A stretch of 51,911 nt of DNA from Rotaria socialis (GCA_905331295.1 CAJNYD010000546.1:62001-113911); one strand, 5' to 3'. Shown: positions 14,155 to 28,801, counted from the stretch's first letter. Numbers and translations: made by a program. The notes: generated by a model not told the origin, from the letters alone.

Positions 14155-16964
14155 AACAAAGAAAAAAAAGCTTCATTCGTTTGATTGAGAACTCTGTTAA
14201 ATATGTCGTCGTTGTCTAAGACACATGTTTATTTATATATATATATATATACATATATAAATATACATAGATATATATTTATCTTATTTATGGTTTACTT
14301 GTGTACGTATGCAGGTTTTCTTCGTTATTTTTTTCTCTTTTGGATTTTGGATCAATCGATCGTTAGTTTTTCTGTTGTATTTGTCGAACAATTTCATGCA
14401 CAGAATTATTTATTTATTTATTTATTTATTTTCTTTCTGTCTTTCTCTCTTTTGTCTTGACTGTTCTCTCTAATTTTCCTGCTTCTATACTCATTAGTTA
14501 AACAGTTGTCTTTGCAGCGAAAGCAAAGAACAAATTTTGTTCAATAAAAGATATATGATAATGTAAAATTTATTCATAGATATTCTTAATTAGAAACTGG
14601 ATAATAAAGTAAAATAAAATAATAAGTAATTATAAATACTGACTTTTTCTGAATTATTATATTTAGCATGACTTTATCTTGACATATTGTAATTATGTAG
14701 AATATGTAAATGTAAAATTCATCACTAAATTACACATGGGATTAGCATGACGTATTTTTACTTTTTGCTTCCAATTACATAAAGATTACATTAGTCGACC
14801 TATTCTTTTATCAAATTTCTGCATTGTCGTTACTATTTATCTTTGAAAAATGTAATAAGTACCTATCTTAGCTTGTAATTCAGTACTGGTGTTTTTTTCA
14901 TACCGTTTTTCACACAGTGGTTGAATTTCCATAGATTCAATAATTAATTCTACCCTAATTCCTAACCTTTCATTTTCACACCAAAAGTAGTTACAAATTT
15001 TCTTGATTACATCAAAGAAGAAATTTAACGTGGTTTGTTTTTTTGCGAATACTTCTCATACTCATCCTTAACTTGAATAGTCAGAAAAGTATTTATATAA
15101 TAATAATTTGAAATTTATCATGCACTATTTATTTTTGTTCGTTAAAGGCTCCTTTTCAGTTTTAATGAAGCATAAAAATTTATATCAATGATACTACAGA
15201 TGAGCGTTAGCGAAGCGCTAAGTGTTTCTTTCTCATTCAAACTCGAGATTTTGATAAGGCATCATGACACATTCGATAACAAATGCAACTAATGAAATGT
15301 CTCGGAGCGAATCGTTCTAATTAGATTTTATTAAAACTATTCAAGAAGACTGTATAGAAATATATTATTTCAAAAGTTATAACTAATGGAAAGTATGATG
15401 TACCGTTTGAGCTTTTGAACTTCGTTTACATAACATACTTTGTGTTTAGTCCGAAGTTATCGACTGTCTTGTCAAAATAAAATAGCGATTGTCGATTCTA
15501 TACGAAGTAAAAGAGTAGTAGAAAGTAGAACTGTAATTATATTCTATTTCAGAATATCAGTGAAAGATCGTTTCTTAACGTACTTGCTGATGACATACAA
15601 TGGTGTGTGTTGAAATCGATAATTAGATGAATTCACAAAAACTTGAGTGCATGTACAATTTCTTATTTATATCATTTGAAAAAGAACGTAGCGACTCAAA
15701 TTTTTTGAGTCATCATGACAGTAAACCTAATAAAACATTTACCTCCATCATACGATAAGCAAGTACTAAACTACGTTTTAATGTTGAATAATGCAGTAGA
15801 GAATGAGCTATTAGAAGATCTGAAACATTTAGTCGAATGAAAATTACATCTGATGTTTATAATTAATCTTTTATGAAAATGTACTTATTATACTAGAAAG
15901 TCTTACTCAGTTAATAACGTCTTTCTTAGAATGAATTATTTTGAAAGTTCACATACTATTGATGATTCAGTAAACGACATTGATTATAGTTATTTACCTA
16001 TTGAAATTTTTTCTTGAATTAAATAAAATGCACCGAAACAAAAGATTGCTTGTTTTGCCACCGAATAATTCAGACTATGGCTTAATACAACGCGCTAGTA
16101 CAGCCCATTGGGTTCACAAATGTGCGGATCCAAACGTGTCAATCAAAAAAATTTAATTCGAACCTAGTGGTGGTGCCATCGGGCGCTGTCGAAGTGTCAA
16201 TACGCTCTCCACACAATAGTTCGAAATTTTTAGCAGTAAGTAGGTCAAAAAACCATTCCGGTTAGTTCTCGATAAAGTAGTTCTACCGATTTTTTTGTTT
16301 GTTTGTGAAATAGATATCTACCACCGTCTTGGATAATACAATAGATAGATTGATCGACTAAGGTGACGAAATGTGCCTCACATTCATACAATTAGAAAAA
16401 TATCTCTTTGATTAGACTATGGGTTTTGAAATTTCTTATGTTAGCATCTTTACATAGAACAATAATACTGATTATTATCATTGCATGCTCTCATTGAAAT
16501 TATCTATTTTGACTTTTCAAATCAACATTCACACATGGAAACAAGCAAACAAAAATGAAAAGAGATATCTTCTAGTTCACAAACAAAAGAAAAGAAACAA
16601 AAAAGTTGGAATAATGTGTAAATGTATGAAGAAACAGAGAGCGAGCAAGAAAGCACAATTTTTGTAGAAATAGTTTTCATTTTTTTCTGCAAACGAACAA
16701 AAGAAATTATTTGTTGTAAGTTCTACAGAGACATTTCACTTAAGACACACACACACACGCACGCACGCAAACCACAGAGAGATAGAATATAACATGGAAA
16801 CATAGAAGAACAAGAAACAATATAATAAGTATCATGTCGCATGAGAAATTTTAATGATAGATACTTCCTGAGTAAAAAATAATGAGATTCGAATGAAAGA
16901 AAATTATTGAACAAAATAAATAAACACAGGAAGAAAGCACAATATGATTGGGACTAAGCAGAAG

Positions 16965-19195
16965 TTATCGATGATGTTCCATACTCATATTTTCTTCATC
17001 AATATCATCAAATGTTAAATCAATTACTTCATCATTGTCACCTTCGTTGCCTATTTTCGATAATGAGACATGTATGATTTCTTTAACTCGACGTCCATAA
17101 TGTTCATTGTCTTTTTTATTTTTTAAATAACGCCGAAGTATACTTAATGTTGCTTGATCTTGATGAAATGTTTTCATATAAAGTTCGCCAATTGCAAATA
17201 CGCAGTCATTTAAATCACGTTGCGTATAGGATGTTATTTGTATATGACGATTTGTCCATATTGCGTCAGTTTTCAAAAGACGATTAGCATAGAGAAGACA
17301 ACTAGCTGCTATCGTCGATGAACGGTATGATGAAAATGGACGATCTTGTAACAGTGATAGTGTACATAAATAACTTGTCAACATCATTAAACATTTATAA
17401 TCATTATCACCATCTTTAGTTGATATTGTTGGTTTAAAAAATGTCAAGTAATATTGTACAAATGTATAACATGTAGGTCCAGAAAGAGAAAAATTGAGCA
17501 TCTAGAGAAAATATTTTAATATCAAAATGTTACGACAATTACAACAATTGAATGAGTTTCTATCAAGATTATTTCAATCGTTACAGATGGTAGAACAACT
17601 TTCTGAAGAATTCGTATCTCTATAATTTTCATATCAGCTCATTTGAAAGGTTTAAAAGTGTTAATACACGAGTAACCCTCGTTGGCATGTTGAAGATAGA
17701 CAATCGAGCGTAATAATACATCCCTCATAATATAAAAATCAATCTATACAATCCTATATGGATTATACAAACATCTAAGAATTATGATGGAGTCCTCGCT
17801 TTATGTTTCTATTTCAATGATTCTCGTTAAGTATTATAAACTTACTTTCATTACAATTTGTTCCATCCGAAGTATATGTTTTGTTTCATATGTATTGTCT
17901 GTAATGAATGAAAACTCATCTAATGCTGGTGGATACATTTCTTCGTATTTCGATGCCACATACATACAAGTTGTACCTATTTAAGAGAAATGCATTTTTT
18001 TTTATTCTATTTTTTCTTTGTAAATCAATACTGACCAACTAATTGTAATTTTGATCGTGTTACATTAACTGTTGATAAAAACCGATCAACATATTGTACA
18101 CACAGAAAAAGTGTTTCATCGTTTAGTTTGTATTCATCGGCTACTTCAATCAGCCAATCGACAAGTATTGTACGCATTGCCGAATTTATATCCGATTGAT
18201 ATTCCATAAAGTTCATTTCTTCAAATAGAAAAGAAATTTTATATTGTAGACATATTGACGAAATACTTACTAGGAGCATAAATATGCTCTACTGATTTTA
18301 AATGTTCAAAAATTGTTTGACGATAATCAGGTCTATATATAGAAAGAATATTCAAATCGTTTGAAAAAAATCGATAGTTAGCTTTTTCAGAGGTGTGTCT
18401 GGTTCTAGTCACATTGTCGCTCGCTAATTTATTAAGAATGATATTCAACAACGTGACTGCCGAAGACGGAAATATTCTAATCGGTTAGTTAATTTTAATT
18501 TGAAACCATGCGCGTGATGTCAACTGTAAAATTACTACGGGTCAATTGAGTTTCAACTTGAAACATGACGCAAAGATGCTCTTTAACTGAAGTAATCAAT
18601 TGTGCAAATCTTAGGCGTCTTTTTTATGAAACGATGACATAGAAAAAATTCTGTTATCGCAGTGAAATTTTAAAGCGACAAGATCTGAAAATGTCATAAA
18701 CTACTTCTGTTAAGAATTGTCTATGAACAGTTTGCCTGAGAATCACAACATCAATTGAAAAAAAAACCGTAGAAGTTTAGTGTTATCGGAAAGACATAAA
18801 CTCTTTCGAATGAGTTTGTTTAGATCTCCCTATGGAAAACAAATATGCTTTACTCACAGCTCGTATAGCTCCTGTTCCAGCTGTTCACGAGTTTTTTCTT
18901 CAAATACTGTTTGTTTTGGTAAAACGACAATATTTGCCTTACTAATGGTTGTAACCATTGGCGAAATATGCATTCGATTATCATCATTGATCTGTATGAG
19001 ATGTTTTTTTATTGAACGTGCTGCGGTTAGAATTGGCCTTGATGATATTGGAATCACATTCTCTTGTTGGTGTAACGAAAAGTTAGTACATAATTTTGTC
19101 TTGGTTGTATTAATAAATACTTTATCTGATGATACATCTGTCAGCGGAAGTCGGTTATGTGTTGGACGCAGTACATTTCGATTCGAATTCATCAT
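16965..19195 (-). CDS. CCNA: Cyclin A-type cyclin; exons 19195-18858, 18476-18271, 18218-18036, 17976-17846, 17501-16965
   Basis: Cyclin box [36 protein letters not shown], then [26 protein letters not shown]-box-like RLPLTDVS near the N-terminus; all junctions phase-consistent. Confidence 0.9.
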
Positions 19196-21805
19196 CTTTG
19201 AAAATAATTTTTATTAATATAAATATGATTCTTTCTAACCTAGTATTTTATTCTTACTCGAATCTTAAACAAACTGCGTTCGATTATGAACTAAACCAGT
19301 CGACGACAAGAAAACAAAAAAAAGGGTTGTATATAATGAAAAACAAAAGACGAACGTCTCCTGGTGTGTCTATGTATAATAACGTCTGTGCATGTTCTTT
19401 GTTTAATAGCGCTTGTATTTGTGTTCGTCCAATGTGTGCGATTACTTGGCTTGTTTGGTTCACACTACGAAAGGGTGCGCTAGTGAACATAGGAGAGTAT
19501 GGATTCATTTTCCTATCCTATATTCTAATGAATAAATAGAAGACACAGCACTGATTATATATTGTTTAGAATTTTATTTTTCAGTAAACTTCAAAACAAT
19601 TATACAGAGGTGTAGCACAGCGGCAATTTTTCCAGCTCTTTAAAACAAGAGAAAAGAGTCGAATTGAGAAAGATAATTAGAAGACGGATCCAGAAATTAT
19701 TGATGCGAACCACTTTCAAAGTATTAAAAATTATCATGTTGAATTGCGGTACGAGATGAAATTGAATCAATGTTTTTCGTGTTTCAGTAATATTTTCAAA
19801 AGCTAAACTTAATACAAGATGAGCACTTAAATATAAACATCTACTTTCATAATGAACTTTAGTGAAGATAAATGTTGTTGGCAATCATTTTGTATTTTTT
19901 TCACAGCATCATAGAAAAATAATTGTAATTTCTCTTAGTACAAACCTGAATTTAACATATGTTCTATAAGAAAGGGTGATCTTTCATGTGAATTATTTGA
20001 ATACACTTTTTTTTTATCATATGCATGTTAACTTCACGTGTATGTGTCAAAAGGCAGTTTAACCCGTATGTTCTCAATAGAGAAAGGTGGTAAAATATTT
20101 TTGTTTGTTTGTTGCACAACTTTATTTTTCATCACAATCAAACATCGAAGATTATTTTGACGACATGACAGGCGTGCTTTTTTCTGTTGAATAGGTTTTC
20201 TTACAGATATTTACGATTTGGTTTAATCAGCGTTAATACTCTAATCATTAAATATTCTAAAGTACATCTTGGAGCAAAACTAATTTGTTCTTGTTGCTTG
20301 TTAGCTTTCATTTTTTGGTACATAATGACCTATAAAAATCCATGTAACTCTTTTATCTTGGTTTCTGAACAAAAAAAACTTAATTATATAGCTGAAAGCA
20401 AACAATTTTTTTGTGTAGGTAACTATGCAAATACAAATATAGAAAACTGATAGAACTTTCGAGTTTGCTATTTTTTTCTGTAGGAAAATTTTTGATGTAA
20501 TCCACTCTTACTAAGCTTTATTTTAGTGCAGAAGACATGTTCTTATTCTTTAAATTTAAAAAAATGTAAAGAAATCTTAAGATTAATGCCAGAGAATATT
20601 GAAAAATAAAAACAATTTCTTCACCTAATAAGTTTGTTTGCTGCCATCATTTTATTGGGTAAAGATGTCTTCTTCTATTTCTGGTAAATAAAACTCTAAA
20701 AAAAATTTCACATTTTGAGACAACTGCTATGATTAAACAGCAAAAGTAAAACTCAGCTCAGCGAGAGAAAAATTTACTTTAATTAAAAATAATAATGAGA
20801 TACTGTTTTTTTTTGCCGAATGCTTATTTCTATTACTAAGTAGACATGTAGTGAACGGAATGAGAGGTAGACAAAAACTCTTTTTTTTATCTGCATGTCC
20901 GTGATACAAATGCTTATGTTCAGGTCTGTGTCGAGCTTTACATAGATGCTTTTCGCTTGTCAATAATGATTCTAATGAAGCTAATGCTAACAGATTATAT
21001 TAGTACTAAAAATAAAGGCACGTATAACAGTCAGATTATTAGAACATGCTTTTTTTTCTGTTGAGAGAAAATAATATTGTACTGGACTCTGTTATAATAC
21101 ATCTTATTTATGGGCCATTTTGAAAGTGCGTAGAAACCTATGATTAGTATAGTTTGTAGTTATTATAAGAAGCATTAAATAATAGGAAAAAAATAAAAAT
21201 GTTGGATGCCAATTAATTCTTGTTTTTTTGAATACAAAACTGAATGACTAGGTTACTCAATGAATTCATTTTCTCAAAAGAAAATATACAGAAAAATAAA
21301 GTCTTTTAGTGGCTGATTTCGTAATGTGACATAGAAGTAATATAACTGATAAAATAAAAAATGACTCAAACTTGTGCTGGATTACATACAATCATAACTA
21401 TGAATCAGTACAACAAAATTTAGTATGACTACTTATTCCAATGCTTCAATGCTTACGAGAAATATAATTATTTATCAAAGACAACGAATACGCAATTCTA
21501 TTTAGTTTTTTTATGCTAGCATTTTCTATTATTTCAATAGAACAATAAAGTTCTGGATAATTTCTTCCAAGGTCTCACTTGGCGTTGCGTCTTATTTTTG
21601 TCACTTATTATTTAACATTGACTTGTCTTTTCCCAAGGACTATTTATAAATACAATGAGATGAGTTGTAGTTAATTGAACAGTACATTCGTATCTATATA
21701 TTTAGATTTGAGTTCTTTTAAAATAGAGTATTTTTAACATTTTTTTTCCTGCACGATAAATTATTACGCTAGCGTAAGAAGAAAGCCACACACAGATATA
21801 GATAT

Positions 21806-22753
21806 CTAACCCAATCCTGATGCTTTCAAATTTTCATCGATTAAGATGTTGTTCGCGACACCATAAATATACATTAATTGTCCTTGATGTTGTTGTCGAT
21901 CAACAGTTTTACAAACTGCACATCGTCGATGATTGAGTCCGCGTGAACAGTCCAAAAATTTATTCCATATAATTAGATCGAACTCTTTATTTCCCTCAGT
22001 GTTCATTTCATCGTCAATTTCAATATTAATGTTTTCTTCATCTTCTTCTATATCTTTCGATAGAACAGGATTGTATTCAATCGATTTCTTTTGTGAATTT
22101 CGTCGATTGTGACCTGCTCTTCTCTGACGTAATAAAGCATCGTAGCCCCCATCTGGTAAAAGGGCTTTTGTTAGAACATCTCGGACGTTTTTAGTTAATT
22201 CAAACCATTCGTGTGCATCTTCATGGAGAAGTTCATGTTTAGCGCTTCGTTTATAACGTCGATCATGTGTCATACGTGCTTTCATACGTGCAAAAAGTTT
22301 TACTAACGAAAATGATCTATCACCAGATTCATCATCATCATCAACATTATAATAGATTGTTGGTGGTATTCGACTTATGACTCGATGTTCTTCTCTATGA
22401 TAGTTATTACTAAAATCATTTAATAATGAACGAGCTTGAGACAAATGAAATGAACGATCATAAGCCAGAGGATGATTTTCAGTTGTCCAAGTAATTTGCC
22501 GTGAAAATACGGACTGATTTAGTTTTTGATGATGATTATGTTGTTGTTGTTGCTGTTGTATGGTATCTAAAACACTTGTTGTTGGCGAATGACGCAAAAC
22601 ACCGCAATGTTGTGTTAGATAAAGATAATTTTCCATTAGATCTTTTTCTGTTTCATCTATTTCTTCGGCATATTCATGCGGATAATTTTGATAGAACTCA
22701 TCATTTTTCTTATGAATAAGATCTCGTTGTTTGGTTGATGTTTGTAGTGCCAT
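21806..22753 (-). CDS. Uncharacterised intronless 315-aa protein
   Basis: Long ATG-initiated ORF with natural protein composition in AT-rich DNA; no family recognised. Confidence 0.7.
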   Translation of the reverse strand: MALQTSTKQRDLIHKKNDEFYQNYPHEYAEEIDETEKDLMENYLYLTQHCGVLRHSPTTSVLDTIQQQQQQHNHHQKLNQSVFSRQITWTTENHPLAYDRSFHLSQARSLLNDFSNNYHREEHRVISRIPPTIYYNVDDDDESGDRSFSLVKLFARMKARMTHDRRYKRSAKHELLHEDAHEWFELTKNVRDVLTKALLPDGGYDALLRQRRAGHNRRNSQKKSIEYNPVLSKDIEEDEENINIEIDDEMNTEGNKEFDLIIWNKFLDCSRGLNHRRCAVCKTVDRQQHQGQLMYIYGVANNILIDENLKASGLG

Positions 22754-23088
22754 GCAAATAAATTATTTCATAAAAATAAATTGTCTTATTCTTTGCCGTC
22801 GTCTTTTTCAATAAGGTAAATAGGCTGTCAGTTCAATGTTGTGGATGTTTTAGTGACCCTAATATATATTTTGACGGCACCATTTGAATAAAGGTAAGAA
22901 CAGAAACTTTTTATAATAATTAAAAATAACCACGACGATGCGATAGAATAATGAAGAAATCTTAGCGTTGCGAAAGAGAAAGAGAAACACGCCCTTGTTA
23001 CATACGGCATCTTTGATGCTCTCGTTGAAAACTTAGAATTATATAAAGAAACAGTCGGTTTTTTACGAAGTTTATTCTGCCTATCTCT

Positions 23089-23129
<41 letters not shown>

Positions 23130-25035
23130 CTGTGTTTAATTGCGATGCATTGAAATTAAGAAAACGGATAGAAAAGTCTCGCTTAGACTTCTTTAGAATA
23201 TGGTATGTAATGGCATTAGAGGACCCGTAAACTAAAAATAGTATTCCTTCAAGATTTTGTTTGATGCATACCAATTGTAGCAGATAATCATATATATATA
23301 CATATATTTATATATTCTTTTGAAGTGAAAATCTCTATTTTTCTTCTTCTATCTAAACAATATCCATAGACTCCGGCACATTCATTGAGGAATCAATAGC
23401 TAAGTGTCATTAGAATTATTTGTTTGATTAAATTGAACGGTATTTATAAAAAAAAAAGAAGGATCGAGGATTATCGAGTTACAGTCTATCGAATTGAAGC
23501 TATTTTTGTTTTTCTCATTGAATTAGACTAATGTTTTGTTTGCTTCAAAACAATACGGATAGAAATTAATCAAACGAAAAACATAACCTGACAGGTAGAA
23601 ATGATTTAAATTGACAGGAGATGATAGCCTAATGCATATTAATGAAGTTATCAGTGCGTATCACGTCAGCTTTAATAATAGAACAAAACGGAAATAGACA
23701 CGCTTTTATTTTTATTTTAATAAAGCTGATATTAGTTCAGTGTGGTAATCCTAAAGTCTGTTGTGATATTGATGGTGACATAAAATGTGCTGATGACAGC
23801 AGATAAGAAAGAGATGTCACGCATATAAATAAAACACAATCATATAATAAATTTTATTGGCCTTGAAATCCTGGGGCTTTGAATTAAATCATAAAATCCA
23901 CAAATGTCTAAAAGCAATTTAATATTGTTTAGTTTCCAGGTGATTTTTAAGTCTTTCTTTTTTTGGCAAATAAAACAAAAACTAAACAATATTCTGCATG
24001 AATATTCGCATTACGGTTGTTTTTTTTCTTTGAGGAAATGCCTGAGGAATATTTAATCAAAGAGTCATCTACAGTTCCTGTGAAAGTTTTTGAAATTTCA
24101 TTAAGTAATTTCAAGCTAAACGATCATTTTCTTATTTAGTCTTACGCTTGAATTTATTTCGTGTAAATTAGTAAAAGGTGACCGAGTAGATAGATCTTTT
24201 GTCCCATCTAAATATTTAATATGAGATGTCAGACTTATTAAGAAACGGAAATCAATGTACGAATATGCATAGATTATCTATAATTATATAGAAATGGGAA
24301 GCAATTGCCACCGATTTCGAAAAAATATGTGGAAATTTCCTATGGTTCAGAAGCAAGCACAATATGAAGCCGAATAACCGACAGGATTCGGTTATAAATC
24401 TCATGAAATCAACAAAAATATTTAATGCCGATGGTTCTATATGTGACTTGAGGATTTCAATTCAACTTTATATTTTCTTGATTCTAGTTCACAGTGACTT
24501 TCAAAATGGATCTTAGACACGCAAACGTTCATTATTTATTCTATAATTATGCATAATCAAACGAATGCCAACAGGAATTTTCTAAAGGGAATCTAAACAA
24601 AAATAAGACGTTTATGATCATCTTAAATGTCTCGTCATTCATTCAAAGGTTGGACTTATGGTTTTCTAGAATTTTTGAAACTTAGAAAGTGCTGAAGGTC
24701 TGTACTTTGTTTAAATTCGTTTTATCAATAATATGCTCTGTGCAAACTAGCTTTCGAATTCGTTAGGAAAATCTTCATCAAGCTATCAGCCATTTTATAG
24801 TGAAATGCTGTTTCATTTAGTATTCATTGTATTAAAAAGCACGCTTTCTATCGCTTTTAAAAGGTCTTCATGTGTCAAGCAAATTATCATTTGAGTGAAT
24901 GAACAGGCATGCAAGAAAAATAAAGGATAGAATGAGTGTTTATTTGAATTTTGCGGGAAAAGAAGAGCTCACATCAATAATACTACTGGGTTATGTGAAT
25001 TTTTAAGATGAAGATGTTTACAGGAAAATTAAATT

Positions 25036-25826
25036 TTAAACAAGTAATCCATCTTTGACTTTCGTTGCTTCATCTTGACCTTTTAGAAGTTCAATTAATT
25101 TCAATGCGAAAAGCATTGTTGTAGCAGGTCCTTGACTAGTAACCAAATGATATACTTTTCCTTCGGCATCTAAAAAGACAAAGTCTAATTAGAACAATAA
25201 AGCGATAAAATTTTGTTGACCTTTTTCTGTATGTGTACTATGACAAACAAGGTGGTCAGGTGTATCAAGTTTATACGGTTCACCATCGGTGAATTCCTTG
25301 CGTACAGTTGGATAACATGTTATAGTATGTTTATGATCAATACCAATTTTATGAGCTAAAAATGCTCGTGGCCCAGCACAAATAGCAGCAACAACTTTCC
25401 CATCTTGATAATGTTTTGTTAAAATTTGTCCAACTTGAGCATTAGCAGCCATTGCTTTCGAACCTAATTTGAAAACAGAAATATAAATATGGCTAGAACT
25501 AGTAAGAAAAACTGCTGGAGTTTACTAACCATCATTTCCACCAGGTATGACAACACAATCGTATTGATTATTTTTTATATCATCTAATGATTTATCAGGT
25601 ACCACATAAACATTACGGCTACATTTTACGGCATCATGACCATTGGCTTCAATCGATACAACATCAACTTCAATTTCAGCTCGTCGAAGTACTAAAAATA
25701 TGGTATCAATAAATATTTTAGTAATAGAGGCTAAACATATATATATATATATATACCGTCAATTGTTGTTACTGCTTCGATTTCTTCGCTTCCATTGGAA
25801 ATAAAAACAAGTGCTTTTTTCGTCAT
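25036..25826 (-). CDS. PARK7: DJ-1/PfpI family protein (DJ-1/YajL-like glyoxalase); exons 25826-25757, 25691-25530, 25463-25221, 25169-25036
   Basis: MTKKALVFISNGSEEIEAVTTIDVLRRAEI..YDCVVIPGG..VAAICAGP..TCYP..LVTSQGPATTMLFALKLIELLKG; catalytic Glu and Cys present. Confidence 0.9.
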
Positions 25827-27199
25827 CTGAAAATAAAAATTTATTGATATAGTTTTTTCTGCATCCTATATTCATTATTGTCATGTAACCTAAAATTTGT
25901 TTCGAACGATGTAAACTATTTCTTTCATATGAAACCCGTGCTGCGCTTATTTCATTTCTATATATAATAAATCCCAATGGATTTCGAAGTATTATGAACA
26001 CTACTAATGAATGCAGAAATATTCAACGATACGGTGCGAAAGATAACATTTTCTAATAGTTAGTTAGAATAACAAGTTCGTTAATATTTTATATAAATGA
26101 ATGGTGTGCCCATGTGTCATTGATGGTTCTGTTAAAATAATTATTCACGTATGACTAGAATTCCCTCTACAATTTTACGTTTCAATATCATCAGTGAAAG
26201 GTCTCCAGAAACATTTTAAAAATAAATTGAAAATGGGTAAAAAAATTTCACGGTTCACAATAATTCAATTTTCATCAACAAAAGTCTCAGTGATATGTAT
26301 TCCTTAAAAAACTTATCAAACTAAAATATGTTAAACTAATTATTTTCTACACTTGTAATGAGTATTATCGCACTGCCTAGTCTGGTTTCTAAGATCTCAG
26401 AAAGAATTTTCTATATCGTGATGAATTAGAATATGTGAAGTAGAACTGCACTTTCAAGTTACCAACTTCAATTGAAATAACTCTACAAACAATAGTGACT
26501 TTTTCAAGTGTGCCAATGATTACGCTAAGATATGATCAACAATATAAATGCGTTTGCCCAATATTTACGAGAAACTGATTATCTGTAAGTAAACATCTCA
26601 CATAATTAATAGACTTTATTCCCTAAATATGAAGATAGAATCTTTCTTGACGGAATTTTTCGAACGACGAAAAAATATATCAAGCAGTAAAAATGCAATG
26701 ATCTGTTAGATTTATTTACTTTATTCGAACACAAATTGAATTCAGCGATGTATTTATTTACCACATTACTATGTTCAAAGGAAATGAAATAGATCTGTTT
26801 AGATGAAACTGTTATTTAACAGCAATTTAGGACGCATATAAATGAACTATTAAACAATTTTTTGGTATTCTGAGCTATAAAATACTCGATCTCATATGAA
26901 AATCGGCTAGTTGTGATCGATATGATTGAAAAACATGTTTTCTTTTTAAATAGAACTTAAATATAAATAAACACTAAATTTATCATTTTTATCGAATTAC
27001 TTTCGTAGACTGAAGATGGAAAAGTTAGTTGCGGACGTTACTTCATTTTTTTGCGGCTCTAGAATTGATTTCATCTATATTTTTATTGTCAATAAGTTCA
27101 AATAACCCAGCCTAGTTGTCTAGTAATTCTATGACTCATCGTCAATGAACCATTCGTAATGATGAAATTGTTTGATCAACAAAACAATACTTGAATAAT

Positions 27200-27547
27200 T
27201 CGTAGAACTTATAGATCGGCCGAAAGAAATTTTGTAAGACAGTTTTCAACCACGAGGTTCTGCCAAATTTTCACCACCATCTTTGACGAGCACATCATGA
27301 TCGTTTTCATATCTTGTATTGGCATTTTTACTATGACTACAGTTTTCTCAGAACATTGTAATCTTTCATGATTTCCTTGAATTGAATTAGTAGTTACTTC
27401 AAAACTACTACGACGAAGAATCTGTCAAGAAAAAAAAGCAATAGACAAATTCAATTAACTCTTTTCTTACATCGACTATAATAAAACAGCCGAATTTTCT
27501 TCACTACCATTTACTAATAAAAATAAAGCTTTCTCAGAGCTAAACAT
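27200..27547 (-). pseudogene. Decayed DJ-1 paralog (left boundary approximate)
   Basis: MFSSEKALFLLVNGSEENSAV then frameshift/stop; after an intron at nearly the same position comes ILRRSSFEV..LQCSEKTVV, and in a shifted frame HDVLVKDGG (equivalent to YDCVVIPGG). Confidence 0.7.
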
Positions 27548-28269
27548 GATTTTCTTTTCGATGAAGATTAACCAACGGCAGTAATAACTAGCAGCAGCAC
27601 AAAGCAAGCAAATACGAGAAAATAATACAAATGAGTGACTCATCCCATCGACCAATAGTAAACATGTATTATTAGCACCACCTGTGGTCATCTTTTTAGA
27701 ATACTCAATATTCACTGTATAAGTAAATAAAAATTTCATTATTACAAATGAAACGACAATAATTCAAATTCGTCGATGTAAAGCATTTCTTTTTGTGTTC
27801 TCTATTTGTTCTTACGTTTGGTAACATGCTTATTAATATTAAACATATTTCCTTCAGAAAATTGCATGGTGCTATTTAACACCAGCCATGCATAGACTTT
27901 TTCAAGAGGCACTTTGCTTTTTTAAAGTAGTTCATCTAAATTATTGAATAAGATCATGTCGAGTATTTAAATGAAATTTCTATGATATACATGAAAACAA
28001 ATATTAAATCGATAAGTTTTCGTTAGGGCAAGAATAAAATACTTGTCAAATATATTCTTTCATTCCATCTAAAAGTTGCATCCATTGACGAATCAGATAG
28101 CTAACTTAATGGTGCATTTAATTTTATTCTATTAAGTATACAACAAAAATAAAATGAAAATTGATGTTACATAGACAAAAGGAAATAGCTTGAACATAAA
28201 TATATATATCTGAGATTAAATTATTGAACATGTTAAAGGAATTTTTTTTCGTTTTAAATTGCTTTTTGT

Positions 28270-28801
28270 TTAATGAGGTTTCTGTTCAAACTTATCATCA
28301 ACTGTAGTATTGAGATCTTTGACTTTTTCTTTATTACCATCATATGATACAACACTTGCTGCTTCTAAAATCGTATATATTCTAATTAGCAAACACTAAA
28401 AAGAATTTGTTTTAGTACAAACCTTGAACTTTCTCAGCAACATAATGATATGCATTCGAGAGTTTATCACCAATATGACCCATAACACCTCGTTCTTCAA
28501 CAGTGTCGTTCAAACCTTTTTCATGAGCTAGAAAAAGTTTTAGAGTAATCCATTTTTTTTTACTTGAAACTAACGAAAAGATAGTATACTTTTATCTGTA
28601 ACAACATCAGGACCTTGATTGGTGGGGGTAGTTGGTGTAGAATTGTCACTTTTAGTTACTACCTTAGCTACTTCGGATGAAACAGTACTTGTTACTTCTA
28701 AAAAACACAATAGAATTTCCTGTTAACTATTGAATAGAGTTCGATTCATTACCTTTTACTTTTTCTGCAATAGCATGAGCTGCATCTTTAACGTTTTGCA
28801 T
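28270..28801 (-). CDS. Grg1/CCG-1-like hydrophilic (LEA-like) protein with two repeats, 118 aa; exons 28801-28753, 28697-28590, 28527-28423, 28364-28270
   Basis: All-phase-1 introns give MQNVKDAAHAIAEKVKEVTSTVSSEVAKVVTKSDN..DVVTDKTHEK..KLSNAYHYVAEKVQEAASVVSYDGNKEKVKD..DDKFEQKPH*, resembling fungal Grg1 (KNAANYV.DKVQ....SKEANK.VAKD). Confidence 0.7.

Noticed and set aside
18830..18857. 28-nt intron option in cyclin A
   Set aside because: Leads to an immediate stop; the acceptor at 18477 gives an open frame.
22828..23274. 148-aa ORF
   Set aside because: Non-ATG start, runs through a (GA)n microsatellite in the upstream region of the 315-aa gene.
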